The notes below the pieces were generated by a model. That model did not search any database. It was not told the origin of the DNA and worked only from the letters and a program-made list of their open reading frames with translations. Position numbers and translations under genes: made by a program. 64,000 nt of DNA from Eledone cirrhosa (lineage: Eukaryota): positions 348,998,001 to 349,062,000 of the forward strand of contig OZ024743.1 of NCBI GenBank assembly GCA_964016885.1. The letters run 5' to 3'. Below are positions 27,034-41,241 of the stretch, in pieces. Position 1 is the stretch's first letter. Every line of letters starts with the position of its first letter.

Positions 27034-27213
27034 ATACATATACACATATATATATATATAAAATAAAAATAAAGATAATAATGACAAAAATAAAAGCAAA
27101 GAAGAGTGGCTGCTATTTGCAGTATAGCAATATAAGGTTGCACTTACCAATGAAACGGTCGTAAATACCTGGATAAAATCCTTATCTTAATGCTTACCTA
27201 TGTTTTCTCTTTT
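26363..27213. mobile_element. Inverted-repeat element, family D (PLE-terminus-like)
   Basis: 26503-26613 and 27104-27213 are inverted copies, each with the HHR 3' half GAAACGGTC; left arm extends ~140 nt further; (TA)n flanks. Confidence 0.7.
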
Positions 27214-27248
27214 ATATATATATATATATATATATACAAATACAAATG

Positions 27249-27286
<38 letters not shown>

Positions 27287-27769
27287 TTTTGTGTGTGTGT
27301 ATGTGTATGGGGCTGTGTTTAAGCCCATATTTCCAATTTACATCGTCAAATGGAGATTTGACCAATTTAGCATTTGTTGTTTTATAAACGAACTTTCAGG
27401 GAATGCTGTGTTGGTACATTCTTATTCTTATATTTGTTGTTTTTTCTATGACATCGCTTCGGTGTGTGTGAGAGTGTGTGTGTGTGTATGTGTATATATG
27501 TATTTTTCTTTGACATCGAGTCGGTGTGTATAGGTGTTGAGTGTGTGTGTACCTACTCACTTTATCTGTGACCCACTGTATTTCTACAGATCTGACTAAT
27601 GTCCAGCGTCTTTTGCAGCTATGGAGATTTGACACTTTTATGACCCTAACTGAAGCTGCTAGCAGTCGCCGTATATCTGACTACTAGTTCTTCATGTGAG
27701 GGAATAAACTATGTGGGTGAACATCGCTATTTTTCTCCCTCATATCAAGAATTTGAAGACAATTCATTT

Positions 27770-27843
27770 TCACCTGATGAGATCAGTGATAATTGATCAT
27801 GTCTTTACGATCGATCTATCTCTTATTGAAACATGTGTCGTGA
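27770..27843 (+). ncRNA. Type I HHR with extended stem II
   Basis: tcac-CTGATGA-(47-nt imperfect hairpin)-GAAA-catgtg-TC-gtga; GUC cleavage after C27839; ~45 nt from a TA-rich end. Confidence 0.7.
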
Positions 27844-28144
27844 TTAAAATGATTGGAATTTTACCTTGCCTTCGGATTTTCATTTTGCTATATATCTATA
27901 TATATATAGATAGACAATTATTAAATATATATATTGATAGACAATTATTAAATATATAAATAGATAAATAAATGCCATTGTTAATTAATTAATAAATCAA
28001 CTAATACCTTAACACTTCACACAAAATAAAATATTTCGTTTTAATCATTTTCTAACCCAGAAAAAGGAGAGAGAGAAATAAAAAAGGAAAAAATAGATTT
28101 TTCTTCCTAATAATCGTCTCTTTCTCCCTGTTTTCATAATTATA

Positions 28145-28223
<79 letters not shown>

Positions 28224-28294
28224 AGATATATATGTGTATGTATATATGTATGTATATATATATATGTATATAGATATATGTATATGTATATATG

Positions 28295-28349
<55 letters not shown>

Positions 28350-28399
28350 TTATATATGTGTGTGTGCGTGTGTGTGTGTGTGTGCCTGTGTATTACCTA

Positions 28400-29122
28400 T
28401 AGACTTTACAGGCTCATAGATTAGTCATCGGGGAGTCTTTTCTATATAGCAGCATATCGTTTTTTTTATTATTCCGGGGTCATTCTTCAGATAAAAATCA
28501 CTTTTTTTTAGGTATCGAAATATAAGATTTTTGGCTCTAGCTCCTACATTTTGCCACCGATTTCGTTTAAATGTTAAAGCAAAATAGAATCATCATTGCA
28601 CATCCTGTAATGGCTTTATATTTTGCATTTGTTGTTCAGGGACGGTGTGGCAGCCGCTTAAATATAAAAAAATACCACTTTTAGACTCAAATTTCCACTT
28701 TTTCGACTCTAGCTCCCACATTAATCTACCTACTAGATCTGATTATTTCACGTCTTAAAGTGGCTTTACATTTTGGATTTTTTGTTCGGGAAGGGCGTGG
28801 CAGCCGCTTAAATATTCTAAAATTTAAGCGGCTGCCTTAAATATTCGAAAATAGCACCTTTTCGCTCAAATTTCTGCCTTTTCGGGTCTAGCTCCCACAT
28901 TTTTCAACCGATTTCGTTCAAATTCGAAACTCCCTCCTCCAGCATGCCGCTTCGTCAGTCACTCGCGTTTCTCAGTGATAGAGGTCACCACCGCCCTCCC
29001 CCGCATGGCCTGTGTGTGGCCATAGATGAGTCATCGATAAGCAGTCGCTAAGATCAACACCTTTTCATCTAAACAGATATTATTTTACATACCCAACGCT
29101 GGGTACTGGGTACTGCTTCTAG
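28400..29122 (+). mobile_element. Probable non-autonomous Helitron
   Basis: 3' hairpin TACCCA-acgc-TGGGTA (29090-29105), then CTAG|T at 29119-29123; internal repeats ctctagctcccacatt x3 and gtggcagccgcttaaat x2. The 5' end is not identified. Confidence 0.55.
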
Positions 29123-29261
29123 TGATCACTTTTCAGTTTGTATGGCATTTTAACATATTGCTCAGCTTTAGTTTTCTTAACTATTGGAGCGCTTTCCAGC
29201 ATTTCTACGATTATGCGTTTCGTTTCGCTTTTTCTACCGCCCGAAATACGATTCTCGCTGA

Positions 29262-29346
<85 letters not shown>

Positions 29347-29349
<3 letters not shown>

Positions 29350-29772
29350 GTGGTTACACAACAGTAAGTTCACCATACCGAGAAGAATTGTTTCACCTTA
29401 GCGGATCGTCACCTCGGAATGGACATGGTTATAGGAACAGGAAGGACAACAGTACGAACGCGCATGCGCAGAAACCCGTTCACTTCACACAGGCAATACA
29501 AGACTGCGAAAGTCCAAACATTTTTTTGGTTGAAAATAAAATTACAAACAATCAGTCCGGAGCCTTGTAGTTATGCAATATGTGTTTGGCGATGTGTGGA
29601 CAAAGTGTGAAACATTCATTTCTCGTGTTTAGGCAATCACTATTGCGTAATCTCTTTAGAATAGTTATTTGTTCGTCAATACATGAGCCACACATCGGAT
29701 TTCCCCTTGCGTATGGCTTGGACTTAGTGATGGCTTTCCATTGAATGGAGTAGTCTATACCTGAGTCCTTGA
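29347..29772 (-). mobile_element. PLE (Naiad-like) GIY-YIG C-terminus and 3' terminus
   Basis: IDYSIQWKAITKSKPYARGNPMCGSCIDEQITIL..LNTRNECFTLCPH; degenerate HHR (gTGACGA..GAAACAATTC) at ~29380-29417; microsatellite flanks. Confidence 0.8.
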
Positions 29773-29775
29773 TAC

Positions 29776-29865
<90 letters not shown>

Positions 29866-29867
<2 letters not shown>

Positions 29868-30013
29868 TATTTCTGAAGACGGCGTATATATGTGTTGGTA
29901 TGTATATTTAATCTTGATAGTTTGTATAATTTTGTATAATTTTGTACATAGATCTGTTGAATATGCATGCCAATTCTAACACATATATATCCTAGAAACG
30001 ATCGTTAAATAAT
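29866..30013 (+). ncRNA. Type I HHR with ~115-nt stem II insertion
   Basis: attattt-CTGAAGA..TATATATGTGTTGG/CTAACACATATATA..GAAA-CGATCG-TT-aaataat; 7-bp stem I and palindromic stem III ACGATCGT. Confidence 0.65.
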
Positions 30014-30069
30014 GAACTTTTTTTGTTTAATATAAGGAACTGTCTTATTGTTTATTCATTATTTGTTTA

Positions 30070-30105
<36 letters not shown>

Positions 30106-30109
<4 letters not shown>

Positions 30110-30640
30110 ATACTTGGGGAGGCTCATATTTGTGTAATATTGCCAGAATTAATAACAGAACACACTCACTGTTTGGTTGGTTTTCGTTTCTCGCTTCTGT
30201 GTCTTTTATATCGGTAATCTAATATACTCGGTCCTCAATGTTGCCATTGACTGACCGGCGGTCAAAAATAATACAAGCAAATAATACAAGCAAATAAATA
30301 AATAAAATAGCGTAGACATACAATGCAGCGGGAGGAAAATATAGCACCACTGACGATGTTGCAGATGTGCAACGAAAGATTTATGATAAACTATATATAT
30401 GTGTTTGTGTCTATATTGTATCTGTATTATTTTTGACCGTCGGTCAGTCAATGGCAACATTGAGGACCGAGTATATTAGATTACCGATATAAAAGACACA
30501 GAAGCGAGAAGCGAAAACCAACGAAACAGTGAGTGTGTTCTGTTATTAATTCTGGCAATATTACACAAATATGACCCTCTCCAAGTATAACAATATTTGT
30601 TTCGACACACGATTTCATATAAAAAACCTCGCAAAACTAA
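30106..30640. mobile_element. Palindromic element, family A copy 3 (tail on right)
   Basis: Arms 30106-30274 / 30421-30592; best family A HHR candidate CTGACGA-t-GTTGCA-gatg-TGCAAC-GAAA at 30350-30377. Confidence 0.8.
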
Positions 30641-30671
30641 TTCATCGCCGCTATATATATATGCATATATA

Positions 30672-30799
<128 letters not shown>

Positions 30800-31149
30800 A
30801 TATATATATATATATATTTTACTCGTTTACTCTTTTACCCTTCCAGCCATCCGGCTGAGGCCATTCTGTATATTTATATTGCATATACAAATACTTTCTA
30901 CGGGACTAGACATATTTCTTCTGTTTGAAATCATTAGAAATGTCTAACCATCAGTCTTGAAGATTTCAAACAAAAGAAACAGTTCTCGTCATGCAGAGAT
31001 GATTTCTAAATACACCGAATATGTTTCCTCGTCTCTACTAATGTGTTAAGTGTTCTATGTAACGGTTATTTCTGCTCAATCACCTTAGGAAATCTATTCT
31101 CAATTTGTATATATATATATCGTTCAAATCTATTGAGAGATTCTTAAGA

Positions 31150-31335
31150 ATAATTGTTTCTACTTTTGGCACAAGGCCAGCAATTATCCCAGTGCATTAC
31201 TGGTACTTTATTTTATCAATCCTGTAAGGATCAAAGACAAAGTTAACCTCTGTTTGATTTGAACTCAAACCGTAAAGAGCCGTAACTCTATGCTGCAAAG
31301 CAAGCGTCTGGCCCTCTACCGATACTGCCAATCCA
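31150..31335 (-). mobile_element. tRNA-derived SINE
   Basis: Reverse complement homolog of 18078-18265. Confidence 0.8.
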
Positions 31336-31489
31336 ATGAAAATAAAAGTAGCATTTCCTAATAGTTAAGTGCGAAAAATATTAACTTTAACACTAATACT
31401 GTTAATGTTTCTAAAAATAATAGGTGGATATAATTGTTTAAGTAAGTAGTATATATAAATATTCTATTTTGAACGGAAGATATTTATAA

Positions 31490-31681
31490 ATAATTGTTTC
31501 TACTTTTGGCACCAGGCCAGCAATTATCCCAGTGCATTACTGCTACTTTATTTTATCGACCCCGTAAGGATGAAAGGCAAAGTTAACTTCGGCGGGATTT
31601 GAACTCAGATCATAAAGGGAGGTAACTCTATGCTTCAAAGCATGACGCTCAACCCTCTACCGATCTGCCAATCCAACGCCC
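31490..31681 (-). mobile_element. tRNA-derived SINE
   Basis: Reverse complement homolog of 18078-18265. Confidence 0.85.
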
Positions 31682-33517
31682 TAAAATAATGTTTTTCTTT
31701 TGCAACCAATGACGATCAACTTAGTTTTTCGTTACAAACATTACATGGATTTGATATGGACAGAGGCAGAAATTTGAATAGATATATGTAGATTTTTGTC
31801 AAATATTGTATAATTTCATATCAGAATATAATAAAGACATGTATACATACATAATTGAAGGGAAACGTGTAATACCACATGTATTAGACGATGCTCTTTT
31901 TTATTTATATTTTCTATTTTTTTATATATAAAATCTTCATTTTAACTCTAATCTCTATGTATACAAAAGCATTATTTAGTACTTTTAAAAGACATGCATT
32001 TGTATTTAGATGATATCGCCCTTCATTATTCTTTTAACGTCAGTAATCTATCTATATCCAAACTATTCAACTGTTGACTGACATGCACCATTTCTATGGC
32101 GAGAAACTGCGATAACATTGGTCAATTAATGCATGAGAATCCAATCTTTTCAACAGTAAACATACGCAATCAGTAAAAATGACAAAGAAACAGTCTTGCA
32201 TGTCATTATTTACACACCAGCAATCCACAATAAAAAAAACCTCAAAATATAAGCTATAAATTCAGGACTTCACAATTTCTGATTATTCCTCATGGCGAGC
32301 TTACATATATAATTCTGAAACATACATTCAAACGACTATGATTCAACTCCAAAGCTTTGTCATCGTGGTTAACATATATTAAATCTCTACAAAACTCAAT
32401 TAAGATTTATATTCGTGTACTGTTCATACTTGTATACCGTTACTAATTCTATGCACTTATACAGCTCAGTCCAAACTAAACACATCCGGCACATTACAAA
32501 CCAACACACTCTATCCACTGGAGGATTTCATATGTAGATTGCTTTTCTCTCTGTCAATCATTTCTAATGAATAAAACAACTGCTTCTCTTTACTTGTATG
32601 CTGAAAAGTACAGTGATTTGTATAAACACTAGATGGCGTAGCGAGTGAAAGATTTTAGTATATCTCATCCAAATGAATCCTATTTTTGAAAGTTGTAGGC
32701 GTGATATTTCTGTAGTAAGCACACATAATGGGTGAAAGAATAAATGATTAATATTCCAATTATAGAAGATATATTTCTGGACATTAGAGGTTCTACAGTT
32801 AAAGTACATATGCTGAAGTATCTGAATTTAAAGCAGAATATACCAATTATGTGATCACGTAAGAAGATGTGTGTAATGATTAACATATGACTCTTAAAAA
32901 TAGCCTCTAATATACTAAACAATAGAGAAAAACAACAGGAATGTTGATCTAATTACAAATTGAAAACGAATGTTGTGTATACCTTCTAATTCCAAAGTGT
33001 GCTACTTCTTGGCTGGCATGTTTGCCGCGAGATGGAATTACGTACCTCATGAAAAAGCTAGTTTCTACGTCAAAATCTGAAAAATACTAATTGAAATTCG
33101 TAATGAAGATCATATATAACTGTCAAAGTCGGAAACAACTAAATTAAGAATGAAAACATTGCCAAAATAATAAGCCTATGGTTTTCCATTAATTGACTAA
33201 AGAAGGAAGTAAACATTATTTTTCTCTATTTTTAATTATCTGTATTTCAATTTATGCTATGCTAATATGTATAAATGCCTAATTTGAAAAAAATCAAGTT
33301 TACGTACATATTTGGACAAAATAGGTTTACTTGTTACGCCGTGCGTGAAATATTAGTTTAAGAACAAGAAAACTTGACAACGAATTTACCAAAAATTGAA
33401 GGCACGCATGATACAAATATTTATAGGATTCCTGCGTCACGTTTCTAATAGACCAATCAATTGATGAGTTAAAATAGGTATTAAAATAAAAATTGTAATG
33501 CCAAAACAAATTTAATC

Positions 33518-33718
33518 ATTGTTTCTAATGTAGGCAGAAGATCAGAATTGTGTTTTGAGGCGGTGGTGAGGAGGAGTTTGATTATGTTAACTGCAGTAAT
33601 TAATTTCTACTTTAATTTTTCTACTTTCAAAGTGAAAGTTGACGATGGTGGTATTTGAAATCAGTAAATACAGTAGCATTTCGTCCGACGCATTAATATT
33701 CTACTAATCCATCACCCT
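33518..33718 (-). mobile_element. Old, diverged SINE copy
   Basis: ttgtttctaatgtaggc..gtgaaagttgac..atttgaa..gcatttcgtccgacg..aatccatcacc. Confidence 0.55.
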
Positions 33719-34689
33719 TAACATCGAACGTTAAACCTTCATTTTTCGTTTCCTAATGGCTAGAATATATGTGGCTCATATCACTTGCATATTCAGAGCT
33801 AAAGAGAGCAGTTTTGCCAAATCATTGTGGATATTCTGCCAGGCCACTGTTGTTCCCGTCGCCGAGGTCATCTAATCAAGCAGGTGATTGTTACAAGAGA
33901 AAAACGAGATATTTATCGAAACATACTTAAATCCGAGCTATTCTACCAGAGAATACTATGATAGCCATATCAGAGGCACCGCATGTGGATGAAGTATTTC
34001 ACCACACAGGTTGGTCTTCGAACTGAGAGAGGGTACACACTATTGGAAGGAGGTTGAATTACTCCGCCCTTCGTTAGGTTTTGTTTCTAATCCAGCATGC
34101 TGTCAAAAATCACCCTCCTCACCAAGCTAACTTGATGAGGTTGTAGGTATAAGCACTGACGGCCCGGCCACGTGACAGGTTGTACTGTGTTACATGGTAC
34201 CAATAGCAGACAGGAGAGATCTGACGTACTTTAATGAAAGCTGATAATTCTACTTACATCGCTCTCTTGAGAACGCACCACCACATATTGTTGATTATTG
34301 CCCTTGTCAACTGTCACTTAACTACTGTGCTAATCCAGCTTTTATGGGATATACATGCCAGGAATGACGCGTCAAACTTCCAATAACCGGGTCCCTGTCT
34401 ATGTCGTCTAACTAGATCTACTAAATTCCTTGTCTGAATAGGTGACCATTTTTATTCGTGGCACAGTAAGCTATCGCTATGTGCTAACCTAATGAAAACT
34501 TTCTCTAAATACTATCTAGATGTCCATATGCGGTTGCTCCTTGTCCACACTGACACATTCGGAAATCTGTTTCATGCCTGTCAGATAGTTGCAATTGTTA
34601 GATCAGATTCTAGAAGCATTTGCATCCCCCGCTTCTTTTTGCTACTTTCTTGCACTACCAACGTTCGTCTAAGATTCCATTTCAGCCAG

Positions 34690-35770
34690 CCACTAACTGT
34701 AATGGGGTTGACGTTGTAGCAAAGGCTATCAGACGCCTGAAGAAAGCCAATGGTTCTGCCTCAGTTGGGTCAAGTTTACAAGCACCACCTTCGCTATCGC
34801 TCACATCGAAGACGAACAATTTACTGTGCTGTTCCAGAAACATCGTCGGTACCTAGTTGAGAACTTTAATGACAGTGTACGGGGCTTTACACCCTAAAGC
34901 AAATATCAATAGACTATGAGAGAAAGAATGGTGGCAGAGACGCAGTGTGGATGGTTGTATAAGGAATGAAAGGAGAACTCTTTCAGAATATTTGATAAAG
35001 AGTGACGAAGTATTGCTGCAATATGATGCAGAAAATATAGGTATAAATGCAATAGAAATTGTTTCAGCAATGGGATTTGAAATGTGCACTCAAGGCCTTA
35101 TAGTTGCAGCGTAAGACCAAGCTCTTGCTACCGATTCGGTGAAATATAGCATCTACAAAACTTCTGACACTCAGAGATGCAGGCTCTTTTGAAAGTAATG
35201 TGGAAAATGATTTTCAAACTGATAAAATAATAATTGTTTCGACTTTTGGCAAAAGGCCAGCAATTACCCAGTGTATTACTGCTACTTTATTGACCCCGTA
35301 ATGATGAAAGGCAAAGTTAACCTCGACGGGATTTGAACTCAGAATGGCAAGGGCCGTAACTCTATACGCCAAAGCATGGCGCCCGACCCTCTACCGATAC
35401 TGCCAATCCACCGCCCCTGATAAAATAATAATGTTTCGCCGACCGGAAATTGTCGTACTGAACAAGAAAGACAAATGCTGTCAGATCATTGAAGTGGCCA
35501 TACCAAATAACATGAATATTACGAGAAAGCAGATTGAAGTACTTTTTTAATTGAAGCTGGCAGCAATATTTAGAATGCAAGAGGGTAATGTGATGGTGAT
35601 ACAAGTTGTGATTGGGGCATTAAGGTCAATCCGATTTAAACTTCAAGACCTTCTAAAGCGAATGAGAATAATATACAGGTTAGATGTAGTACAAAAGATG
35701 CCTTCGCTAGGAATTGCGCACATTTTGAAGAAAATATAATCTGTCTGAAGTCCTTGTTGCGACTTGAGAT
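34690..35770 (+). mobile_element. R4/Dong-type (RLE endonuclease) LINE 3' portion, decayed
   Basis: LMTVYGALHPKANINRL, QGLIVAA*DQALAT..QRCRL, RRPEIVVLNKKDKCCQIIEVAIP, VVIGALRSI..QKMPSLGIAHILKKI; followed by (AAC)n(AAT)n(GAT)n. Confidence 0.75.
35231..35417 (-). mobile_element. tRNA-derived SINE with target-site duplication, inserted in the R4/Dong element
   Basis: ctgataaaataataat at 35219-35234 and 35417-35432 flanks the SINE. Confidence 0.85.
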
Positions 35771-35885
35771 ATGAGTAAATACCTCGGTGCATTATCCATC
35801 TGCACTGCGTGTCAGAGCAATAACATTAACAAAAACAACAACAACAACAACAACAACAACATTAATAATAATAATAATTATTATA

Positions 35886-35930
<45 letters not shown>

Positions 35931-36536
35931 GTGATGATGATTGTTATGATGATGATGATGATAATATTAATAATGATAATAATAATAATAGTGATTTCTG
36001 TTACTTAATAATATATTTTTCTAAACACATCATAAATATCAGTTGCGAAGGTAATATTAATTAGTAATGAGTATAAGCAAGACATCAAAGTGAAATAGCT
36101 GGATGTGTAATGCGTAATCTGTACGTTTTGATTTCAACAGTTTAAAACATTGCTCTTACCTTCATAAATAATGCTTTTAACATTTCTGGAGAAAGTTAAC
36201 GACGTCAGGAACTGATTCAACACAGTCATACATACACAACACACGCGTAATATATGTATTTGTATTGTAGTAATCTGGAATTCATGCGAAACGATTAAAT
36301 CAAGCTGACATTGGTAAAGATGGTGGATATAAAAAAATATAAAAATTAGAAAGAAAAGTACCCATTAAATTATCTAAATGTTCAAATTGTTTTCAATTTC
36401 AGCAATGGGGTCAGCGGAATGGGAGAGGTGAAAAACATCCAAACGGGTAATCATAAAAACCTGCTCGGTCGTTGAATGGTGTCTGTGTATGTATTTCATT
36501 GATTATCTGTAAAGAAATACTTTCATAAATGCACAC

Positions 36537-36627
<91 letters not shown>

Positions 36628-37309
36628 AATAAGGCAGTGGTCAACTTTACATTTCATCCGTTCAGAGTCGAAAAATAAAACACCAGTGTAAGACGGTGGT
36701 TTCTCAGGATTGTTAAAGTGTTGTGGTACTTATTTAGGTTTTAAACATCCTGAGTTCAAATGATGCTGCATGCTACTTATGTGGTAGCCTGGTTTAACCC
36801 CATCACAGCATCTGCACTCATGCAAGTATTTCGTTTAGGTCTCCGGAATAAAAATAATTTTCACCCTCCATCCCAACACTTTCAAAAGCCCTGGAAAGGG
36901 CCATGAACATTGACATTCATTTCCTGTTTAAACAGTTAAAAATAATTGTTGTGAATTTAATTCGCTGACATTTAATGAAAGGAATGTGTATAGAAAATGT
37001 GTGTGCTACATAAATTACTTTGTGGGTTGTCTGGGCAAATTTTCCCAATTGTTTTATTTACATACAAAATAAACTACTCTTACCAACATGGGAGCCACTA
37101 GATGGCAAATTAATCGGTTAGATATAGCAGCTAGGCTGCCCAGATTTCACACACTCATCTTTAAAATGGAAATACACTTTCGATGATGAAGCTTTAGATT
37201 CATTATGTATGTATCAAATAAAATGTTCACGGCTGAAACGTATTTACTCACAATTCTATTCGGTAAAAACTAAATTTAGGTTAGAAAATATTTAAAGAAA
37301 ACGCTAACA

Positions 37310-37853
37310 AATGGTGCCGTAATACGCCAGCTTCAGCATTCAGTAATCAGAAGAAGGGGGATAGGCGTAAAAGCCATACTTGCTAGTTTTATTTCGGTTT
37401 ACGTGCCAACCCTTAACTATGGTCATGAATCTTAGGTAATGACCCAAAGAATACGATTGCAAATACGACAAGCAGCCGAAATAGAATTCCTCCAAAGGGG
37501 CTCTAAATTAACGTTACTCGAGAGAGTGCGTAGTTCAGATATCATAGCCAGGTTGAGCCGCTATTTCTCCAAATTGAGAGATCACAGCTCCGATAATATG
37601 GGCATGTGGTTAGAATGTCTTAGGAAATAATCACTGGACAGATTTTACGGGCGAAACCAACAGGTAGGAGAGCCAGGGGTAGGCCACGAGCAAGATGATT
37701 GGATAACATCCATGAGGTTGTCTGGTCACAGCTGGGGATCCAGCTGGATCAGTTGGAGACGGTTGCTTCTGAGAGGACCCGCTGGAGGGAGTGTTTGAGG
37801 ACTATTCCCCCACGAACTTCCCAGTAAAAAAAGTGGACGAAGAAGAGAAGAAG
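37310..37853 (+). mobile_element. RTE-type LINE 3' portion
   Basis: SVYVPTLNYGHES*VMTQRIRLQI-QAAEIEFL..AKPTGRRARGRPRAR*LDNI; GAAGAAG tail. Confidence 0.75.
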
Positions 37854-38360
37854 CCAATAAAGGCGGTGCTATGCAGTTGACGAAGGAATAATCACGCTCA
37901 GTGGGGAAAGATTTTCCACTCATTTACTTAACATCACAGAAACAAAACAGATGTGGTGAATTTGTGAGTGAGTGTATGCGTGAGTGATGAGAGAGAAAGG
38001 CAAGGTGAGTGTGTTTTCTGACATGTGTGTATGTATATGCGTATGTATGTAAGTGTTAAACTTTAGCCCATATTGTGTATCCGCTATGATTTACCCATTA
38101 TATTAGTCCCTGCAGTATATTCCTTCTATTTCCTATTCATTTGCACGTCTCTTGTGCATTACTTGTTATACAGTCTTTGGCAGAAATTTGGCGGACTGGA
38201 AGAAAAATATTTCACGAGATAATTCGATTGTATTGCTCATCTCTTCATTTAACATTTACTTCGGTTATACGATGTAAACCTGCATTGGTTCACCTTCTGA
38301 ATGAAACAGAACTTAGAAAATGGTGGCAGTGATGGTGCTGGTTGTGGTAGCGGAAGAGGT

Positions 38361-38532
<172 letters not shown>

Positions 38533-38902
38533 TGAGGGGGAGGTGGCGAAGGAGGGACATATCATGATAACATCATTTAGCAATAGCTTGCGTGATGTGT
38601 TGTGTGGTTGAAGATTGATGGACGTCTACTAGGGGGACATGGGCGGGAAAGTAGTGTGATGAGACTGTAGTGAGGTGTTTGGTCAGGGATTGGTCTGGAC
38701 CATCATTTTAATAAAAGGGAGAATATTGGATTGGGAAATACAATTAGAGTGCCACGTACATCCAAACACGGCCGACATATCTTGCAGACAGCGATGTGAC
38801 TGCTTATATATATAAATATATAAACACGCATACATATATTCATATATGTGTATGAGTATACAACATATATAATTATATAATATATATATTATATATATAT
38901 AT

Positions 38903-38936
<34 letters not shown>

Positions 38937-39036
38937 ATATAGATGGCTGGATACTCATAAACATACATATTACATTAATATATATATATATATATATAGA
39001 TGGCTGGATACTCATAAACACATACAAAAAACATTA

Positions 39037-39067
<31 letters not shown>

Positions 39068-39120
39068 TTTATATGCGTATAAAGATAAAACATATATAGT
39101 TACATATCTGTCTATCTATC

Positions 39121-39152
<32 letters not shown>

Positions 39153-39153
39153 C

Positions 39154-39357
<204 letters not shown>

Positions 39358-39408
39358 TATATATATACAATATTAAATAAATGGAAACTATATTTATAAA
39401 ACCATATT

Positions 39409-39474
39409 TATTTCATTATATATATTTCAGGGATAACATATTAACAATATGCTATGCCTTCCTCAGACAAAATA
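39409..39474 (-). ncRNA. Type I HHR, family E left arm
   Basis: Reverse complement of 40953-41018. Confidence 0.8.
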
Positions 39475-40952
39475 CAATATAAACAGTTTTATAGATAAAT
39501 AGATAAATAGATTCGACATACCATACCAACATCTACTTGCATTTGAGAAGGTTGATTTGGTTGTGACAAAATTGTACACAGAGAGAAAGAAAGAGAGAGA
39601 GAAAGAGAGAAAAAGAGAGAAAAAAAAGGAAAGAAAGACAGAAAACGAAGAAAAAGAAAAAGAAGAGATGCATGGAACAAAATAGAGAAATGGAAAGATA
39701 GATAAAGAGAAGAACTTCATGTAAAGAAACAGAAAGAGATATATATATAGAGAGAGAGAGGAAATAGAGATAGATACATATATAGAAAGCTAGGTAGTGG
39801 AACGACTGTTGAATAACGTATCAATGAACTTGGCAATATATTGTCAATTAATTTTGAAGGGTTGATCTTTGTGGTTTATTTTATTTTTATTACTGTAGTA
39901 TTTCCTAATTTTTTATTTTTAATATTTTTAATATGTAAATTTTTTTAATATGTAATTTTTTTAATATGTAATATTTTTAATATGTAATACTCTTTCGTAA
40001 TATTTCTTAGTTTTCTATTTTATTATTACTTATTATTATTATTGTTATTTTAGTTTAGTTTTGTTTCCGATATATTTTTATTTTTTATTTTTATTTTTAT
40101 TTTTATTAGTATATTGAAATCTGCTCTATCTTTGCTTGATAGATAATCTTGTAGAGTAGAGACAGAAATAGTAATATTGACTCTATATACACATATATGT
40201 ATACTTAAATTTTTATACCGCATTGAGAATACTTTCCGTGAACTTAGGGTTTGCAGAATTGATCATGTACATTCACATAGATGTTTGTAATTATCACATA
40301 AACATATGAATTTTTTAAAAAACTAAACATAAGATCATTAATTTTCACACATTGTGGATACATATCTCATTCAGGAATACTGATATTTACAATGCGGAGG
40401 TTGGTTTTGTAATTACTAATACCTCTACATTAAAACAGAGGTTTGTACGCCTCGCTTGTGTCTGGATGTTTTTGAATTTTCTCTCTCTCTTTTTTCTCTC
40501 TCTATATTTTTTCTCTCCCTATTTAACAGGTGGTTTTCCCTCCATATATCTCCCTTACATTAATACTAGAGCTAAATAAATAAATAAACAAATAAATGTA
40601 TCATTGATACGTTATTCAACAGTCGTTCCACTACCTAGCTTTCTATATATGTATCTATCTCTATTTCCTCTCTCTCTATATATATATATCTCTTTCTGTT
40701 TCTTTACATGAAGTTCTTCTCTTTATCTATCTTTCCATCTCTCTATTTTGTTCCATGCATCTCTTCTTTTTCTTTTTCTTCGTTTTCTGTCTTTCTTTCC
40801 TTTTTTTCTCTCTTTTTCTCTCTTTCTCTCTCTCTTTCTTTCTCTCTGTGTACAATTTTGTCACAACCAAATCAACCTTCTCAAATGCAAGTAGATGTTG
40901 GTACGGTATGTCGAATCTATTTATCTATTTATCTATAAAACTGTTTATATTG

Positions 40953-41018
40953 TATTTTGTCTGAGGAAGGCATAGCATATTGTTAATATGTTATCCCTGA
41001 AATATATATAATGAAATA
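40953..41018 (+). ncRNA. Type I HHR, family E right arm
   Basis: tattttgt-CTGAGGA-AGGcATAGCATATT-gtt-AATATGTTATcCCT-GAAA-tatatata-atgaaata; predicted cleavage after A41010. Confidence 0.8.
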
Positions 41019-41147
41019 AATATGGTTTTATAAATATAGTTTCCATTTATTTAATATTGTAAATATACTCCAAATATTTGTCGAGTGCTTTTATATCAGT
41101 TATAAATATTTACTAGTTGTAACACAACAATTTAAATATAACTTTCC

Positions 41148-41241
<94 letters not shown>

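Larger units (their letters stand above)
39367..41150. mobile_element. Long inverted-repeat PLE-derived element, family E
   Basis: ~460-bp nearly identical inverted arms 39367-39827 / 40601-41060; right arm has a ~90-nt tail; HHR in each arm; (TA)n flanks. Confidence 0.85.

Noticed and set aside
39830-40600. GIY-YIG remnant in the family E spacer (TNTSTLKQRF)
   Set aside because: The motif match is too short and the frame context is not convincing.
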